Origin: Promethearchaeota archaeon Loki_b32
GTDB taxonomy: Archaea > Asgardarchaeota > Lokiarchaeia > Sigyniarchaeales > SOKP01
Length of the DNA stretch: 64,000 nt
Reading direction: 5' to 3'
NCBI GenBank assembly: GCA_005223125.1
Contig: NJBH01000007.1
Location: 32,001-96,000, forward strand
In this document: positions 28,857-40,228 of the stretch, piece after piece
Position numbering within the stretch: position 1 is the first letter of the stretch
Layout of the letters: each line of letters opens with the position of its first letter
Notes under the pieces: model-generated
What the model was told of the DNA's origin: nothing
Seen by the model: only the letters and a program-made list of their open reading frames with translations
The model's database searches: none
Made by a program: the position numbers and the translations under genes

Positions 28857-30896
28857 ATGATAGAGAAGATAAGCCCCAACAAAATTAGATTTGGAACATG
28901 TACAAAGGACTGCTACGGTTCATGTGTGTTTAAAGGAATTTGGGATGACGAAGCTTTAGAATACAAACTTTTATCTACTCGTCCCTTGAAAGAACATCCT
29001 TTTACAAATGGGTTTTTTTGTCCAAAATATAAACAAAGAGAAAAATTACTATATCATCAGAAAAGGTTGAAAAATCCTATAATTAGGACTGGTCCAAAAT
29101 CTGAAAATAAGTTTGAGAAAATATCTGTGAAAAAAGCATTTGAAATCATTGTTGAAAAAATATTAGATATTCAAAAAGGGAATGACCCATCGTCTATTCT
29201 AGGGGCTTTCTATGCAGGTAATTGTGGGTTAATATCGCAGTATGCCCCATTAAGATTCTTTAGGAAAATTGGAGCCACAATCACTACAGGGGGAATCTGT
29301 AATGAAGGAGGTTGTGCAGGATTAACAGAACTGTTTGGTACATATTCTACTGCAAATCCTTTTCAGTTAATTAACCCTTCAACTAGATTAATCGTGATAT
29401 GGGGAAGTAATCTTTCAGAAAGTAATAATCATGCATATTATTTGGTAAAGCAAGCTTTAAAAAAAGGGACAAAAATTGTGGTTATTGATTCACGATGCAC
29501 ACTTATAGCTGAAAAAGCTGATCTTTTTCTACATATCTTCCCGAGTACTGAGCAATTATTAGTAAAAATGATCGTTAATGAATTAATGGCTTGCGATGCC
29601 TATGATGAATTATTTTTGAAAGATTATGTTGATTCATACTCATCAATTTTTACTGAAGCTGCGAAAGTTGAGAAAAAAAGACTCTTAAGTCAAATTGGAA
29701 TTAATTATCAAACATTTCAAAATTTTGTTGATTATTTAATCAAATTCAAACATCAAACGTTATTTAATATCGGGTATGGGGTTCAAAAAGATTTCTATGG
29801 GGGAAGAATAGTAAAATCTATTGCTTTAATTCAAATTATACTTGGAAATATAGGAAAACCTGGTACGGGGATAATTTATTCTCAAAGTGATTTTTTAAAA
29901 CCTGTTCTTCGACCGATTCAAACTTACATTACCCAAAATGAAAAAAATTCTAAAATAAAAAAAATTCCTATAATAAAACTAGGTTCGGCTTTATCTTCTG
30001 AGAAATACAAAATGTTATTTATATACAATTTCAATCCAGCAAGTTCACTACCTAATCAAAATTTATTAAGAAAAGCATTATTAAATAAAGATCTATTTAT
30101 AGTGGTATTAGATATGTTTCTAAATGAAACAACGAAATATGCTGACATAGTTATTCCGGCTAAATTTGATTTAGAATCACATGATATTGTATCTCCTTTT
30201 TATATACCAAGTCTATCTATAAATATTGGAGGGCCCTGTCCCTATCAAAATTGTATGTCAAATTATGAGTTTTTTCAACAATTAGCATGGAAAATAGGTT
30301 ATGAGGATTTATTTTTTCAGGAATCGGAAGAGACAATTTTTGATAATTGTTTAAAAATGTTGCCTTTAAAAATTCAAGAATACATTGATTTACAAGGTTA
30401 TTATTTATTATTCGATAATAATTCTGTTCCTTTTAATAATTTAGAATTTCCTACTTCTAATTATCGGATTCAAGCTAGAGGTCCTCATTTTAAATTTGGA
30501 AAAAATGAATTAAAGCGTAAATTTAACAAGAAGAAAAATGAATTTCTGCTTATCACACCCTCTCATTATTACTTCTTACATTCTCAATTTGGACAATTAA
30601 ACACAAAATATTTAGAAGTATTTAGTAAAATATTTTTAACTTCAGAAGATATTAAAGCATTGGATTTAGTGATAGGAAGTGAAGTGTTGGTTTCTAATGA
30701 ATATGGAAATGAAGTATACATCTTAGCAGAATCCCCTAATTTAAAACCGGGAACAGCTTTGATATATTCTGGTTTATCTTCAACTTTAAAGAAGAATCCA
30801 AATGTGAATAATTTTATACCTGATGACCCAGAAGAACTGGGATATTCAGGTGCGTATAATTCGGCTATAGTTAAAATTACCAAAGTAAAATCCTAA
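28857..30896 (+). CDS. Molybdopterin-dependent oxidoreductase (DMSO reductase superfamily)
   Basis: N-terminal CTKDCYGSC...G..CPK 4Fe-4S motif, WGSN, NPASS.PNQ, ET..YADIV.P. Confidence 0.88.
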   Translation: MIEKISPNKIRFGTCTKDCYGSCVFKGIWDDEALEYKLLSTRPLKEHPFTNGFFCPKYKQREKLLYHQKRLKNPIIRTGPKSENKFEKISVKKAFEIIVEKILDIQKGNDPSSILGAFYAGNCGLISQYAPLRFFRKIGATITTGGICNEGGCAGLTELFGTYSTANPFQLINPSTRLIVIWGSNLSESNNHAYYLVKQALKKGTKIVVIDSRCTLIAEKADLFLHIFPSTEQLLVKMIVNELMACDAYDELFLKDYVDSYSSIFTEAAKVEKKRLLSQIGINYQTFQNFVDYLIKFKHQTLFNIGYGVQKDFYGGRIVKSIALIQIILGNIGKPGTGIIYSQSDFLKPVLRPIQTYITQNEKNSKIKKIPIIKLGSALSSEKYKMLFIYNFNPASSLPNQNLLRKALLNKDLFIVVLDMFLNETTKYADIVIPAKFDLESHDIVSPFYIPSLSINIGGPCPYQNCMSNYEFFQQLAWKIGYEDLFFQESEETIFDNCLKMLPLKIQEYIDLQGYYLLFDNNSVPFNNLEFPTSNYRIQARGPHFKFGKNELKRKFNKKKNEFLLITPSHYYFLHSQFGQLNTKYLEVFSKIFLTSEDIKALDLVIGSEVLVSNEYGNEVYILAESPNLKPGTALIYSGLSSTLKKNPNVNNFIPDDPEELGYSGAYNSAIVKITKVKS

Positions 30897-30910
30897 TATT
30901 AAAAAGTGGT

Positions 30911-31444
30911 TTACTTCTTCTTTTTAATAAATGCGAGATCACCGAGAGAAGTTCCGCTAGATTTTTTCATGTATTTATTATTAGAAACATCAGCTTCAAT
31001 CTCAGTAACTTTTTTTATGATTTTTATTTTATACACATCTTCTATTTTTTTTGCCAATTTAATTGTAGGTTCTACTTTTCCCGTTTCAATTCTTCTAAGT
31101 AAGGAAGGTTTTTCATTTAACTTCTGAGCAAATTGATCTTGATTAAGGCCTAGTATATTCCTCGCATTTCTTATTTTTTTAGCATAATCTGGAATTATTT
31201 CTAGATCATCGATGCGAGGTTTTTTTAGAGCTTGGCGTTTTGGACGAATTGCTCTATCACGGGAGAATGAGCTTTTAATATATGTACTGGTAGAGTGTTT
31301 TTGAATTTTTACACCATGTTGGGCACAATTATGACAAACTGTAATTTTCGCTCCTTCTAATAGAACTCTTTGCCCCTTACCCCAAATTATACTCCCACAT
31401 ACAGGACATTCTTTATCAATTTCATCGTATTGTGGTTTTGGCAT
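30911..31444 (-). CDS. mbf1: Archaeal multiprotein bridging factor 1 (Zn ribbon + HTH)
   Basis: CPVCG...EGA...VC..CA; IRNAR..LGL.Q..FA.K.NEK.S...IE.G; SLGD. Confidence 0.92.
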   Translation of the reverse strand: MPKPQYDEIDKECPVCGSIIWGKGQRVLLEGAKITVCHNCAQHGVKIQKHSTSTYIKSSFSRDRAIRPKRQALKKPRIDDLEIIPDYAKKIRNARNILGLNQDQFAQKLNEKPSLLRRIETGKVEPTIKLAKKIEDVYKIKIIKKVTEIEADVSNNKYMKKSSGTSLGDLAFIKKKK

Positions 31445-31687
31445 AAAATCATCTCAAATCAGATTTGTTGAAGAAAAGCTTTATATGCATAGAATTTGAT
31501 TAAAAACTCTTATAATTTACGGTTAATTAGGATTATATTTTATAATCTATAAATTTTTTAAAAATTGACATTTTTAAGTAATAGTACAGAAGTAACCTTA
31601 AATTTAAATGATTAAAAGTTTATTAATAAATTAAAGTAATTTCTTAAAAATGTACATTAAAGTGAGAAAAGAAGGGGTACACTTTTT

Positions 31688-32896
31688 TTGACTACGATTA
31701 AAGAAAAAAAGAAGAAAGAAGAAGGTAAAGATGGAGAATATCTTATAACCTATACTAGACACTTAGAGAAGCGCCTTCGAAACTTAGAAACAGAAAAACA
31801 ATTATTAGATGCAGAGCGATTAAGATTAGAACAAGAATTACATAGTCTGAGAAATGAAATTGATAGATTAAGAGAACCTCCATTAGTGTCTGCAACAATT
31901 ATAGATTTCTTAGATGAAAAGGGTAGAGCAATAGTAAAAAGTTCTACAGGACCAAGTTTCGTTGTTAATACTAGTAGAAAAGTTAAAAATGAAAAATTAG
32001 CACCAGGAACGAGAGTTGCTTTAAATCAAAGAACCTTCGCAATTATGGAGGTATTACCTACAAAATTAGATCCTTTTGTTAAAGGTATGGAAGTTATTGA
32101 TTCTATTCCCGATATATCGTATGTAGATGTTGGAGGATTAGAAGAACAATTACTAGAGGTAAGAGAATGTGTAGAACTACCTTTAAAAAAACCTGAATTA
32201 TTTAAAAAAATTGGTATTGAACCACCTAAAGGAGTTTTATTATTTGGTCCCCCAGGTACAGGAAAAACTTTATTAGCAAAAGCAGTCGCTCATGAAACAG
32301 AAGCAACATTTATAAGAATTATTGGATCTGAATTAGTTCAAAAATTTATTGGTGAAGGTGCACGCTTAGTAAGAGAAATTTTTAATTTAGCTAAACAAAA
32401 AGCCCCAACCATATTATTTATTGATGAATTAGATGCAATAGGTTCTCAAAGACTAAAGATAGCTACATCTGGAGATAGAGAAGTTCAAAGAACTCTTATG
32501 CAATTATTAAGTGAATTGGATGGATTTGAAGAAAGAGGAGATGTAAAAATCATTGGTGCAACGAATAGAGTAGATATTTTAGATCCTGCATTATTGAGAC
32601 CTGGTAGATTTGATCGTATGATTGATTTTCCAATTCCTGATGAAGAAGCTCGAGAAGCCATATTTAGAATTCACTCGAGAAATTTGAGTATTGAAGACCC
32701 TTTAGATTTTAAAAGATTAGTAAATCTCACAGAAGGTGCAACAGGAGCTGATATTAAAGCAATTTGTACAGAAGCTGGAATGTTCGCTATTAGAAAAGAT
32801 GCTGAAACGATAATCAATAAAGATTTTTTTGATGCTGTAAACAAAGTTATGAATAAAGTTAAAGACCAGTTTTTAGAATCTAGACTTTATTCTTAA
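31688..32896 (+). CDS. pan: Proteasome-activating nucleotidase
   Basis: Coiled coil + [30 protein letters not shown]-terminal HbYX (LYS). Confidence 0.97.
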   Translation: MTTIKEKKKKEEGKDGEYLITYTRHLEKRLRNLETEKQLLDAERLRLEQELHSLRNEIDRLREPPLVSATIIDFLDEKGRAIVKSSTGPSFVVNTSRKVKNEKLAPGTRVALNQRTFAIMEVLPTKLDPFVKGMEVIDSIPDISYVDVGGLEEQLLEVRECVELPLKKPELFKKIGIEPPKGVLLFGPPGTGKTLLAKAVAHETEATFIRIIGSELVQKFIGEGARLVREIFNLAKQKAPTILFIDELDAIGSQRLKIATSGDREVQRTLMQLLSELDGFEERGDVKIIGATNRVDILDPALLRPGRFDRMIDFPIPDEEAREAIFRIHSRNLSIEDPLDFKRLVNLTEGATGADIKAICTEAGMFAIRKDAETIINKDFFDAVNKVMNKVKDQFLESRLYS

Positions 32897-32968
32897 TTTG
32901 TAATATCTATAATTTATTATAATACACTTACTTTTCTTAAATTAAATAATTGCTTTATTAATTCTTTT

Positions 32969-33460
32969 ATGGAAACTGAAATTTTACTAGGTTTAAGGCA
33001 AATTAAAGCAATTTCAGATTATCAATTTGGGAAAGAAATTACTGATATCCTTTTTGATAACTTAGAACAGATTAATTTTAGAAGATCCCCAAAAACAAAT
33101 AAAATTAGGTATGTCTATTATGAGAATAACTTATTGCTTACACTACGACCTACAAATGGGTTTTTTACTTTAACTCTTTATTCAGCCAAAAAATTAATTA
33201 ATAGCACTACTCCTCCAAAATTAAGGGTTGTTGTGTTAAATGAAATTTCAGATTTTATTAAAGAAGGAAGAAACGTTTTTTGTAAACATGTTGTTGATAT
33301 TGATGACAATTTAAGACCGTTAGATGAAGTGATTGTAGTAAATCAAGATGATGAGTTGTTAAGTATTGGCAAATTAAAAATCCCTGTTTCTTATGCAAAA
33401 TCATTCTCTAAAGGCATCGCAGTAAGTGTAAGAAAAGGAATTAATAAAGCAAAAATTTAA
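32969..33460 (+). CDS. PUA-domain protein (archaeosine TGT C-terminal-like)
   Basis: DYQFG, LRPTNG, G.NVF.KHV...D..LRP.DEV, G.AV.VR. Confidence 0.85.
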   Translation: METEILLGLRQIKAISDYQFGKEITDILFDNLEQINFRRSPKTNKIRYVYYENNLLLTLRPTNGFFTLTLYSAKKLINSTTPPKLRVVVLNEISDFIKEGRNVFCKHVVDIDDNLRPLDEVIVVNQDDELLSIGKLKIPVSYAKSFSKGIAVSVRKGINKAKI

Positions 33461-33514
33461 ATCTCGAATTATTATATAATTTTAGAGATATAACAGAATT
33501 TAAAGTGAAGAATA

Positions 33515-33994
33515 GTGGTAAAATTACCAAAAGAAATGCAAAGTAAAGTAAAGAGTAAGCCTAAGCGTCCTCAACCCTCTGTTAAGCGAGATGGACAGCA
33601 ATTTGGTTCAAGACAAATGCGGAGAAGGATGGCACAACAAGGTGTAGATATGGAACCTATCGATGCTACAAGAGTTATTATAGAGGGCCCCGAAAAAACA
33701 ATGGTAATAGATCAACCCGAAGTTTTTCTGATGAAACAAGCGGGCCAAGAAATATATCAGGTAATAGGACAAGGAGAAGAGGTTTCTCCGGAGGATCTTA
33801 CAATTGAAAGTATGGAAGCAGAAATAGATATACCCGCTATAGAAGATTCTGAGATAAAACCTACGATAACAGAAAATGATATAATGCTAGTTGCTGCTCA
33901 AGCAAATGTAGATAAGAAAGAGGCAGAATCTGTTTTGAAAGAATGCAATGGAGACATAGCAAAAGCTATATTATTTTTAAAAAATAGACTTTAG
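33515..33994 (+). CDS. nac: Nascent polypeptide-associated complex protein
   Basis: RQMRR.M...G, V.I..P.V......YQV.G, UBA-like DI.LV..QA.V....A...L....GDIA.AI. Confidence 0.93.
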   Translation: MVKLPKEMQSKVKSKPKRPQPSVKRDGQQFGSRQMRRRMAQQGVDMEPIDATRVIIEGPEKTMVIDQPEVFLMKQAGQEIYQVIGQGEEVSPEDLTIESMEAEIDIPAIEDSEIKPTITENDIMLVAAQANVDKKEAESVLKECNGDIAKAILFLKNRL

Positions 33995-34073
33995 AGTGTA
34001 AACGTAGGTTAAATGATAAAGATTAAGAATTATAGAATTTTTAATATTCAAAAAGCACACAATTAAATTTTAT

Positions 34074-34427
34074 ATGTCAAAAATTAAAAAAAAAAGATTT
34101 GAAACTGCATCTGAGATTTCTGAACTAGATGTGAAATTTTATAAAATTATTCAGTTTTCTGGTTGGTTATTTTTATTTACACTCATTGGATTTATGGGAG
34201 CTTGGATACTCTTAGACTCCATTTTAGAACTAATAGTTTTAGATCTAACGGCCATGACTTTTACTTTTATAATCTTTATCGGAACAAATTCAGCAATTAG
34301 TTTTGCGTTAGCTACAAAGATAAAAAGTAATAAAGCTGAAAAGCGAAAATTCTTTCTTGACTGGTTATTAGGAGAATTCTTATTCTGTACGTTGGCAATT
34401 TTTGCTGTTGCGGCATATGTATGGTAG
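34074..34427 (+). CDS. Hypothetical membrane protein (3 TM)
   Basis: 117-aa ORF with hydrophobic helices. Confidence 0.65.
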   Translation: MSKIKKKRFETASEISELDVKFYKIIQFSGWLFLFTLIGFMGAWILLDSILELIVLDLTAMTFTFIIFIGTNSAISFALATKIKSNKAEKRKFFLDWLLGEFLFCTLAIFAVAAYVW

Positions 34428-34477
34428 AAAATTCTTTAAAATTATTCTCTTAATAAATAAGATTAGATTTTTTGTTG

Positions 34478-34804
34478 TTATTTATAGTCTTCTCTACATG
34501 GATTAAAAACATCAATCACTTCAGCAGTTTCTAATATTATTGCTCCATGCTTTTCATTAGAATCAAAAACATAACTATCTCCTTCTTTAACTATAAATTC
34601 GCCATTCTCTGTTATAAATTTAAGTTTACCTTTTATAACATATCCAATTTGGTGTTCCTTATGACTATGGATGGGGACTTCAGCATTTTCTTCAAGTGTA
34701 AAATGACATAACATTAAAGAATCATTATATAATAAAGTTCTTCGAAAAATCCCTTCTAAAGCTTCTATAGGCGGAATATTTTGTTTGCTTTCAAAATTTG
34801 CCAT
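34478..34804 (-). CDS. Cupin domain protein
   Basis: P.HSH..HQ.GYV..G, H.A, DVF.P.REDY. Confidence 0.9.
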   Translation of the reverse strand: MANFESKQNIPPIEALEGIFRRTLLYNDSLMLCHFTLEENAEVPIHSHKEHQIGYVIKGKLKFITENGEFIVKEGDSYVFDSNEKHGAIILETAEVIDVFNPCREDYK

Positions 34805-35231
34805 ATTAAAGGTTCACTTTTAGATATTTCAATCATAATTTTTTATTTAAATATACTTAGTATTACTTCTTATAAAGTTTTTACAGTAAAATCTTAGAAA
34901 AATTGAGAATTTCTTCGACATAAATTTATATCCTTTATAATCACAGAATTAATAAATTAGAAATTGAAATGTCTCCAAAAAATTAAGAACCTCATCGTTA
35001 TTTTTTTAAGCAGCTTTTTAACTAGCAAATAAAGTGTTAATAAAATAAGTTTAAATTGGAAAAACAAATAAATTTTTATATCAAAAGAGGTAAAATATTA
35101 ACGATAATAAACAATTAATAATTCTCTAAATTCAGTTCATATTACCGACAAAACTTTTTAATCAAAATTAGTATATAATTTCACTATTTAAAAATTAATT
35201 ATTTAAAAATTGATAAAGGGGTATACTTACA

Positions 35232-37367
35232 TTGGTATTGGTATCAAATTCTGAACCTACAAAAGAAAAGGAAGTTAAAAATATAAATCGCAAATATTTA
35301 ACTAAATTATTACCAAAAGTTTTTAGAACAGAAGGTGATGTAGTACCCTTCGATCTTGTTAAAATAGAACAAAGCCTAATAAATGAGACGGGTTTAGACC
35401 AAGATTCAGTTGCTATGATCACTGAATTAGTAGTTAGAAGAATAATCTCGTCTGGAATACGATTTTTATCAGGTCCTCATATAAGAGAGATTGTGTGCTC
35501 TATCTTATCTGAGCAACATTTTGAAGAAGAACGTAAATTATATACAAGGATTGGAATGCCTTTAATGGATTATGAAGCAATTTTAGAGTATGGAGTAGAT
35601 GAAAATGCAAATCAAGATATGAACCCTGAAAGTATTCATCACTGGGCTGCAAATAGAATATCAGATGAATATGCTCTTTTAAGGATATTAAATTCTGAGG
35701 AAGCTCATGCTCATTTGTTTGGTGATATCCATGTACATATGTTAAGATACTTTGATTTAAGACCGTTTTGTCAAGAATGGGATCCACGAATGGTTCTGGA
35801 ACATGGATTACCCCCTGTTGAGAGTTGGGCACACTGTAGTAAATCAGGTCCTGCAGGAAGCTTACGTGTGGCGGTAACTCATCTTGCTAAATGGCTTGGT
35901 ATTATTCAAGGTGAATTTAGTGGCGGACAAGGATATGATTATATAACTACGTTTTTAGCACCATATGCTCGTGGTCTTTCTAATAGAGAAATTGAACAAT
36001 CAATGCAATGTCTAATATTTGAGACAAATCAAATCTTTGCTGCTCGAGGAGGACAGGTACCATTTACTTCAATTTCTTGTACTCCTACTATCCCTGATGG
36101 TCTATTGAATATTCCTGCTGTTGGTCCGCATGGAAATTTAACTGGAACTTATGGAGATTATAAAGAAGAATGCCTTAAACTTTTTGATGCTTTAACTGAT
36201 GTGTATATTCAAGGTGACTATAATGGGAAGCTTTTTGCATTTCCAAAACATGAGATTAAAATTAAGAAGGAATGGTTGCGAGAATTTGAACCATCTTATT
36301 TGAAAATAATGGAAGAAGTAGCAACTATGGGGACGCCATATTTCCTTAACATGTGTCCAGATTGGATGCCAGATGAAATTCACAGTCAATGCTGCAGGAA
36401 ATTTCTAAGTGGAAATCAAATTATTGAACAGTGTATTCTTGATCCTGAAAAACGGAAAAATGCTAACGTTTGGGAAAATTATGTTACCATTGGATCACTA
36501 CAAAGTGTTAGTTTAAATCTTCCTCGGTATGCTTATTTATCTAAAAATGAGGATGATTATTTTACAATATTGGATAAGAAAATTGAACTTTCTGCGAGAA
36601 TTTTACGAAAAAAGTGGAATTTGATGGAGAGAAGATTGAAAACTGGACACTTACCTCTATGTAGTGGTAAAATAAATGGTAAACCGATTTTTAATATAAA
36701 TGATCAGAACCTATCGATAGGATTTACTGGATTAAATGAGGCTGTGAAAAGTCTAACTGGATATGAATTACATGAAACTGATACTTCATATAATTTAGGA
36801 AAGAAAATATTGAATTATATGGTCGCAAAGTGTAATACCATGACAGAAAGAGATAAAAAATATTACTCTCTATGGGAACAGCCAGCAGAATCAACAAGTA
36901 ACCGTCTTGCACGATTAGATTTAAAACATTTTCCTAAAAAAGCCATAGTGCAATCATCTGGTAAATCAGCTTATTACACTAATTCTGACCATTTTAGGTA
37001 TGATGCTGAAATCCCATTATCAGACCGTATTAAGAAACAAGGTGATCTTCATCCAATTGTAAACGGGGGTGTTATTACACATATTTGGTTAGGGGAACAA
37101 AAACCCGATATTAAGGGTTTATGGGAACTTACAAAAAATATTTGTCTTAATACAAACACAGCTTATTTTGCTTATACACCAGATTTTACTTTCTGTCCTC
37201 ATTGCAGAAAGATGTTCAGAGGCGGAAGCTTTATATGTCCTCAATGTAATTCAGGAGATGTAAAAGTATATTCAAGAGTTACAGGATATTATAGTGAAGT
37301 AAATAGATACAATCCAGGAAAAATAGCAGAATGGAAAGCTCGTAAACGAGAAAATTTATTTAATTAG
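35232..37367 (+). CDS. nrdD: Anaerobic (class III) ribonucleoside-triphosphate reductase with ATP cone
   Basis: ATP cone, H..GDIH.H, FSGGQG, QCCR finger-loop Cys, PAES, YTNS, CxxC..CxxC and glycyl-radical SRVTGY. Confidence 0.96.
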   Translation: MVLVSNSEPTKEKEVKNINRKYLTKLLPKVFRTEGDVVPFDLVKIEQSLINETGLDQDSVAMITELVVRRIISSGIRFLSGPHIREIVCSILSEQHFEEERKLYTRIGMPLMDYEAILEYGVDENANQDMNPESIHHWAANRISDEYALLRILNSEEAHAHLFGDIHVHMLRYFDLRPFCQEWDPRMVLEHGLPPVESWAHCSKSGPAGSLRVAVTHLAKWLGIIQGEFSGGQGYDYITTFLAPYARGLSNREIEQSMQCLIFETNQIFAARGGQVPFTSISCTPTIPDGLLNIPAVGPHGNLTGTYGDYKEECLKLFDALTDVYIQGDYNGKLFAFPKHEIKIKKEWLREFEPSYLKIMEEVATMGTPYFLNMCPDWMPDEIHSQCCRKFLSGNQIIEQCILDPEKRKNANVWENYVTIGSLQSVSLNLPRYAYLSKNEDDYFTILDKKIELSARILRKKWNLMERRLKTGHLPLCSGKINGKPIFNINDQNLSIGFTGLNEAVKSLTGYELHETDTSYNLGKKILNYMVAKCNTMTERDKKYYSLWEQPAESTSNRLARLDLKHFPKKAIVQSSGKSAYYTNSDHFRYDAEIPLSDRIKKQGDLHPIVNGGVITHIWLGEQKPDIKGLWELTKNICLNTNTAYFAYTPDFTFCPHCRKMFRGGSFICPQCNSGDVKVYSRVTGYYSEVNRYNPGKIAEWKARKRENLFN

Positions 37368-37497
37368 CTTTTTTTATTTTATTTTTAATTCTAATTGGAT
37401 TCAATAGTTTTATACTAAATTCTGACCTTAAGAAAGTTAAAAAATATTTTTCTGTTTTTTAATTTGAGTTTTTAAATCATTAAAAAATATTATACTT

Positions 37498-37815
37498 ATG
37501 TCTGAGAAGAGTTCTCTTAAAGATATCCAACGTATTATACATGATTGGATCATCAAACATGGAGGTTACTGGACTCCATTAGCAATGTTATCTGCTGTTA
37601 TAGAAGAAGTTGGCGAATTAGCAAAAGAAATTAACCATCTTGAAGGATATAAACCAAAAAAAAATAATATTAAAGAAGCTAAGGTTGGTGAGGAACTAGC
37701 CGACATTATTTATGCTGTAGTATGTATTGCAAATTATTATAAAATTGATTTAAATACCGAATTAAAGAATGTGATTGAAAAATATTCAGAGAGAGACTCA
37801 AATCGTTTTACTTAA
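37498..37815 (+). CDS. MazG-like nucleotide pyrophosphohydrolase
   Basis: EEVGELA.E, EELAD, KY..RD. Confidence 0.92.
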   Translation: MSEKSSLKDIQRIIHDWIIKHGGYWTPLAMLSAVIEEVGELAKEINHLEGYKPKKNNIKEAKVGEELADIIYAVVCIANYYKIDLNTELKNVIEKYSERDSNRFT

Positions 37816-37997
37816 ACGAATGGTTAGTTTATGAGGCAATTAAATATACGAATCATGTATTTCATTAATCCGAAAAAAAAAATTTGTAGTTTTATTATGA
37901 TCATTGTTCTTATTTGAAAAATTTTAATTATTTAGAATGTTCTAATTGTTAAAAAAATCAGAAAGATAATAAACACAAATAAATTAATACAAAAAAG

Positions 37998-39176
37998 ATG
38001 CAGGAAAAGGGTCTAGAGAAACAGGAAATACTTAGGATATTGGAAAAGAAATTGGAGAAAGATTTTTCATATAGCACAGGTTCAGTTTTAGGATCGATGT
38101 GTACTGAACCTTTAGATTTGGGTGTAGAGATTTATATGAAATATATATCTAAAAATCTCGGAGATCCTGGATTATTTTTAGGAACCGCTGCCTTAGAAGA
38201 AGAGTTAGTTTCTGAAATTGGCAAACTATTTAATGAAAAAAACATAATAGGAACCTTCACTACTGGAGGCTCAGAAGCAAACCTAATAGCAATGAGGATT
38301 GCTAAAAAATTAAGACCAGATATCAAAAGCCCGGAAGTTGTAGTTCCTTGTTCTGCTCATATTTCTTTTGATAAAGCAGCAGATTTACTTGGAATTAAGC
38401 TAAGAAAGGCAACATTAAATGATAATTTTGAATTAAATCTAACCCATTTTGAATCACTTATAAATAGAAATACATGTGGTGTTGTAGGAATTGCAGGAAC
38501 TACATCATTAGGCTTAATTGATCCAATAGAAGAGATTGGAACACTTATTAAAGATAAAGATATATTTTTTCATATCGACGCTGCATTTGGAGGATTTATA
38601 TTACCTTTTTTAAAAAAATTGAACTATACAATACCCGCATGGGATTTTTCTGTAAATGCTGTTGATTCAATAACAGCAGATCCACATAAAATGGGATTAG
38701 GAATTATACCTTCTGGAGGATTTTTTTTAAGAGATCCCTCAATTTTACAAAAAATAGGATTTGAAATTCCTTATCTAGCTGGAGGGAATTTTAAGCATTT
38801 CCATATTGTAGGGACTAGATCTGGAGGAACAGTTATAGCATTTTGGGCAATTTTAAAATCATTAGGATTCAACGGTTTTGTAAAAATCGTAAAAAGGTGT
38901 ATGGACAATACGAAGTATTTATCTAGCCAAATCAATGATATTACAGGAATTAAACTTGTAACTAATCCAGTAACTAATGTTGTAGGTATTACAACTGAAA
39001 GTGGTGAGAGTATTTGTAAAATTGATGAGGATTTACGAAAAAGAAATTGGATGTTAGGAAAATTTGAAGAGTTCAATCTAATTAGAGTAGTCATTATGCC
39101 TCACGTCCAAAAATCCCATTTACAAAATTTTATTGAAGATTTAACGAAAATCATAAAAAAGTTGAAAATTACCTAG
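37998..39176 (+). CDS. mfnA: Tyrosine/aspartate decarboxylase (PLP, group II)
   Basis: GSMCT.P, NLGDPGLF.GT, GGSEAN, H.DAAFGG, DPHKMG, GTRSG. Confidence 0.93.
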   Translation: MQEKGLEKQEILRILEKKLEKDFSYSTGSVLGSMCTEPLDLGVEIYMKYISKNLGDPGLFLGTAALEEELVSEIGKLFNEKNIIGTFTTGGSEANLIAMRIAKKLRPDIKSPEVVVPCSAHISFDKAADLLGIKLRKATLNDNFELNLTHFESLINRNTCGVVGIAGTTSLGLIDPIEEIGTLIKDKDIFFHIDAAFGGFILPFLKKLNYTIPAWDFSVNAVDSITADPHKMGLGIIPSGGFFLRDPSILQKIGFEIPYLAGGNFKHFHIVGTRSGGTVIAFWAILKSLGFNGFVKIVKRCMDNTKYLSSQINDITGIKLVTNPVTNVVGITTESGESICKIDEDLRKRNWMLGKFEEFNLIRVVIMPHVQKSHLQNFIEDLTKIIKKLKIT

Positions 39177-39360
39177 AAGATATTTTTGATATTCATTTGT
39201 TATGTAAAACCCTAATATTTTTCTTCCCTAATCATGCAAAATTCTTAAATTACCCTTTTTACTAGTGTATTTAGAAAAAAAATATATTTAAGACTAATTA
39301 CTATTTAATTATTAGTAAGATTTTTCGGGAGTTTAATTTCAAAAACTTGGAATTAACATT

Positions 39361-40134
39361 ATGGGCAAAGAAAAAAAAACATTAGGAATAAAAACAACAA
39401 GGTATTTTACAAAGAATTGTTCTAAGTGCGATTTTGAATATCCTAATTGGTTTACTAATTGTCCTAAATGCGGAGCAGCTTGGGACGACAGTGAAATAAT
39501 ACCTGCTACAAAAGAAGCTCATAAAAAAACTATTAAAATTGTTGTAAAAATTACTGAAGAGGATTTTAATAAAGCCCTCTCATATGTAAATTTAATTTTT
39601 AGTGCTGATCAAGGTAGATCATGGTATCAAATGGAAATGGATGCGAAATTGGATTATTTTATTGCTGAAATCGCTGAAATTCCCATCGGATCGACTATAA
39701 TCTATTATATTGAAGTTTATTTAGAAAATGGAGAAAAAATCATCGAAAATAATGATGAAAATTACTTCTTTTATAAAGTAGGAGTTCCAATTGGAGAATC
39801 TGAAAAAGAACCTCAAAAACAAGAGAGCAAAGATTTGAATAAAAGGATTAAAGAAACATCTATTAAACCCCAAAAATATCAGAAACCTACATTAGAAGTC
39901 CCAAAACAAAAAAATCATGTTACTCGAGATATGGTTGAACAATCTACTCAAGTTCCTCAAGAAATAATTAAAACTCCAGAACAAAATAGTTCTGCCGGTT
40001 ATGAAACAAATGAATCAACGATATTCGGACGACCACAAACTAAAATTGATCCTGAATTAAAAGTGTGCATTCATTGTAATTCAAAAATTAAAATGATGTG
40101 GAGCACATGCCCTATCTGTGGAAAAAATCTCTAA
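39361..40134 (+). CDS. Double zinc-ribbon protein with central Ig-like domain
   Basis: N-terminal CSKC..CPKCG, central G.SW...M....F.AEI..YYIE, C-terminal CIHC..CPICG. Confidence 0.75.
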   Translation: MGKEKKTLGIKTTRYFTKNCSKCDFEYPNWFTNCPKCGAAWDDSEIIPATKEAHKKTIKIVVKITEEDFNKALSYVNLIFSADQGRSWYQMEMDAKLDYFIAEIAEIPIGSTIIYYIEVYLENGEKIIENNDENYFFYKVGVPIGESEKEPQKQESKDLNKRIKETSIKPQKYQKPTLEVPKQKNHVTRDMVEQSTQVPQEIIKTPEQNSSAGYETNESTIFGRPQTKIDPELKVCIHCNSKIKMMWSTCPICGKNL

Positions 40135-40228
40135 TTTAATTTATAAAACTTCATAAAATTTCTAATCTTAAAATAATCTTCTTTAAAACAAATTTAAACA
40201 AAAGTATATTTAATTTTAGGATTAATAA

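Noticed and set aside
28857-30896. Possible selenocysteine in the molybdopterin enzyme
   Set aside because: ORF is uninterrupted with no in-frame TGA, and Cys is present in the GICNEGG segment
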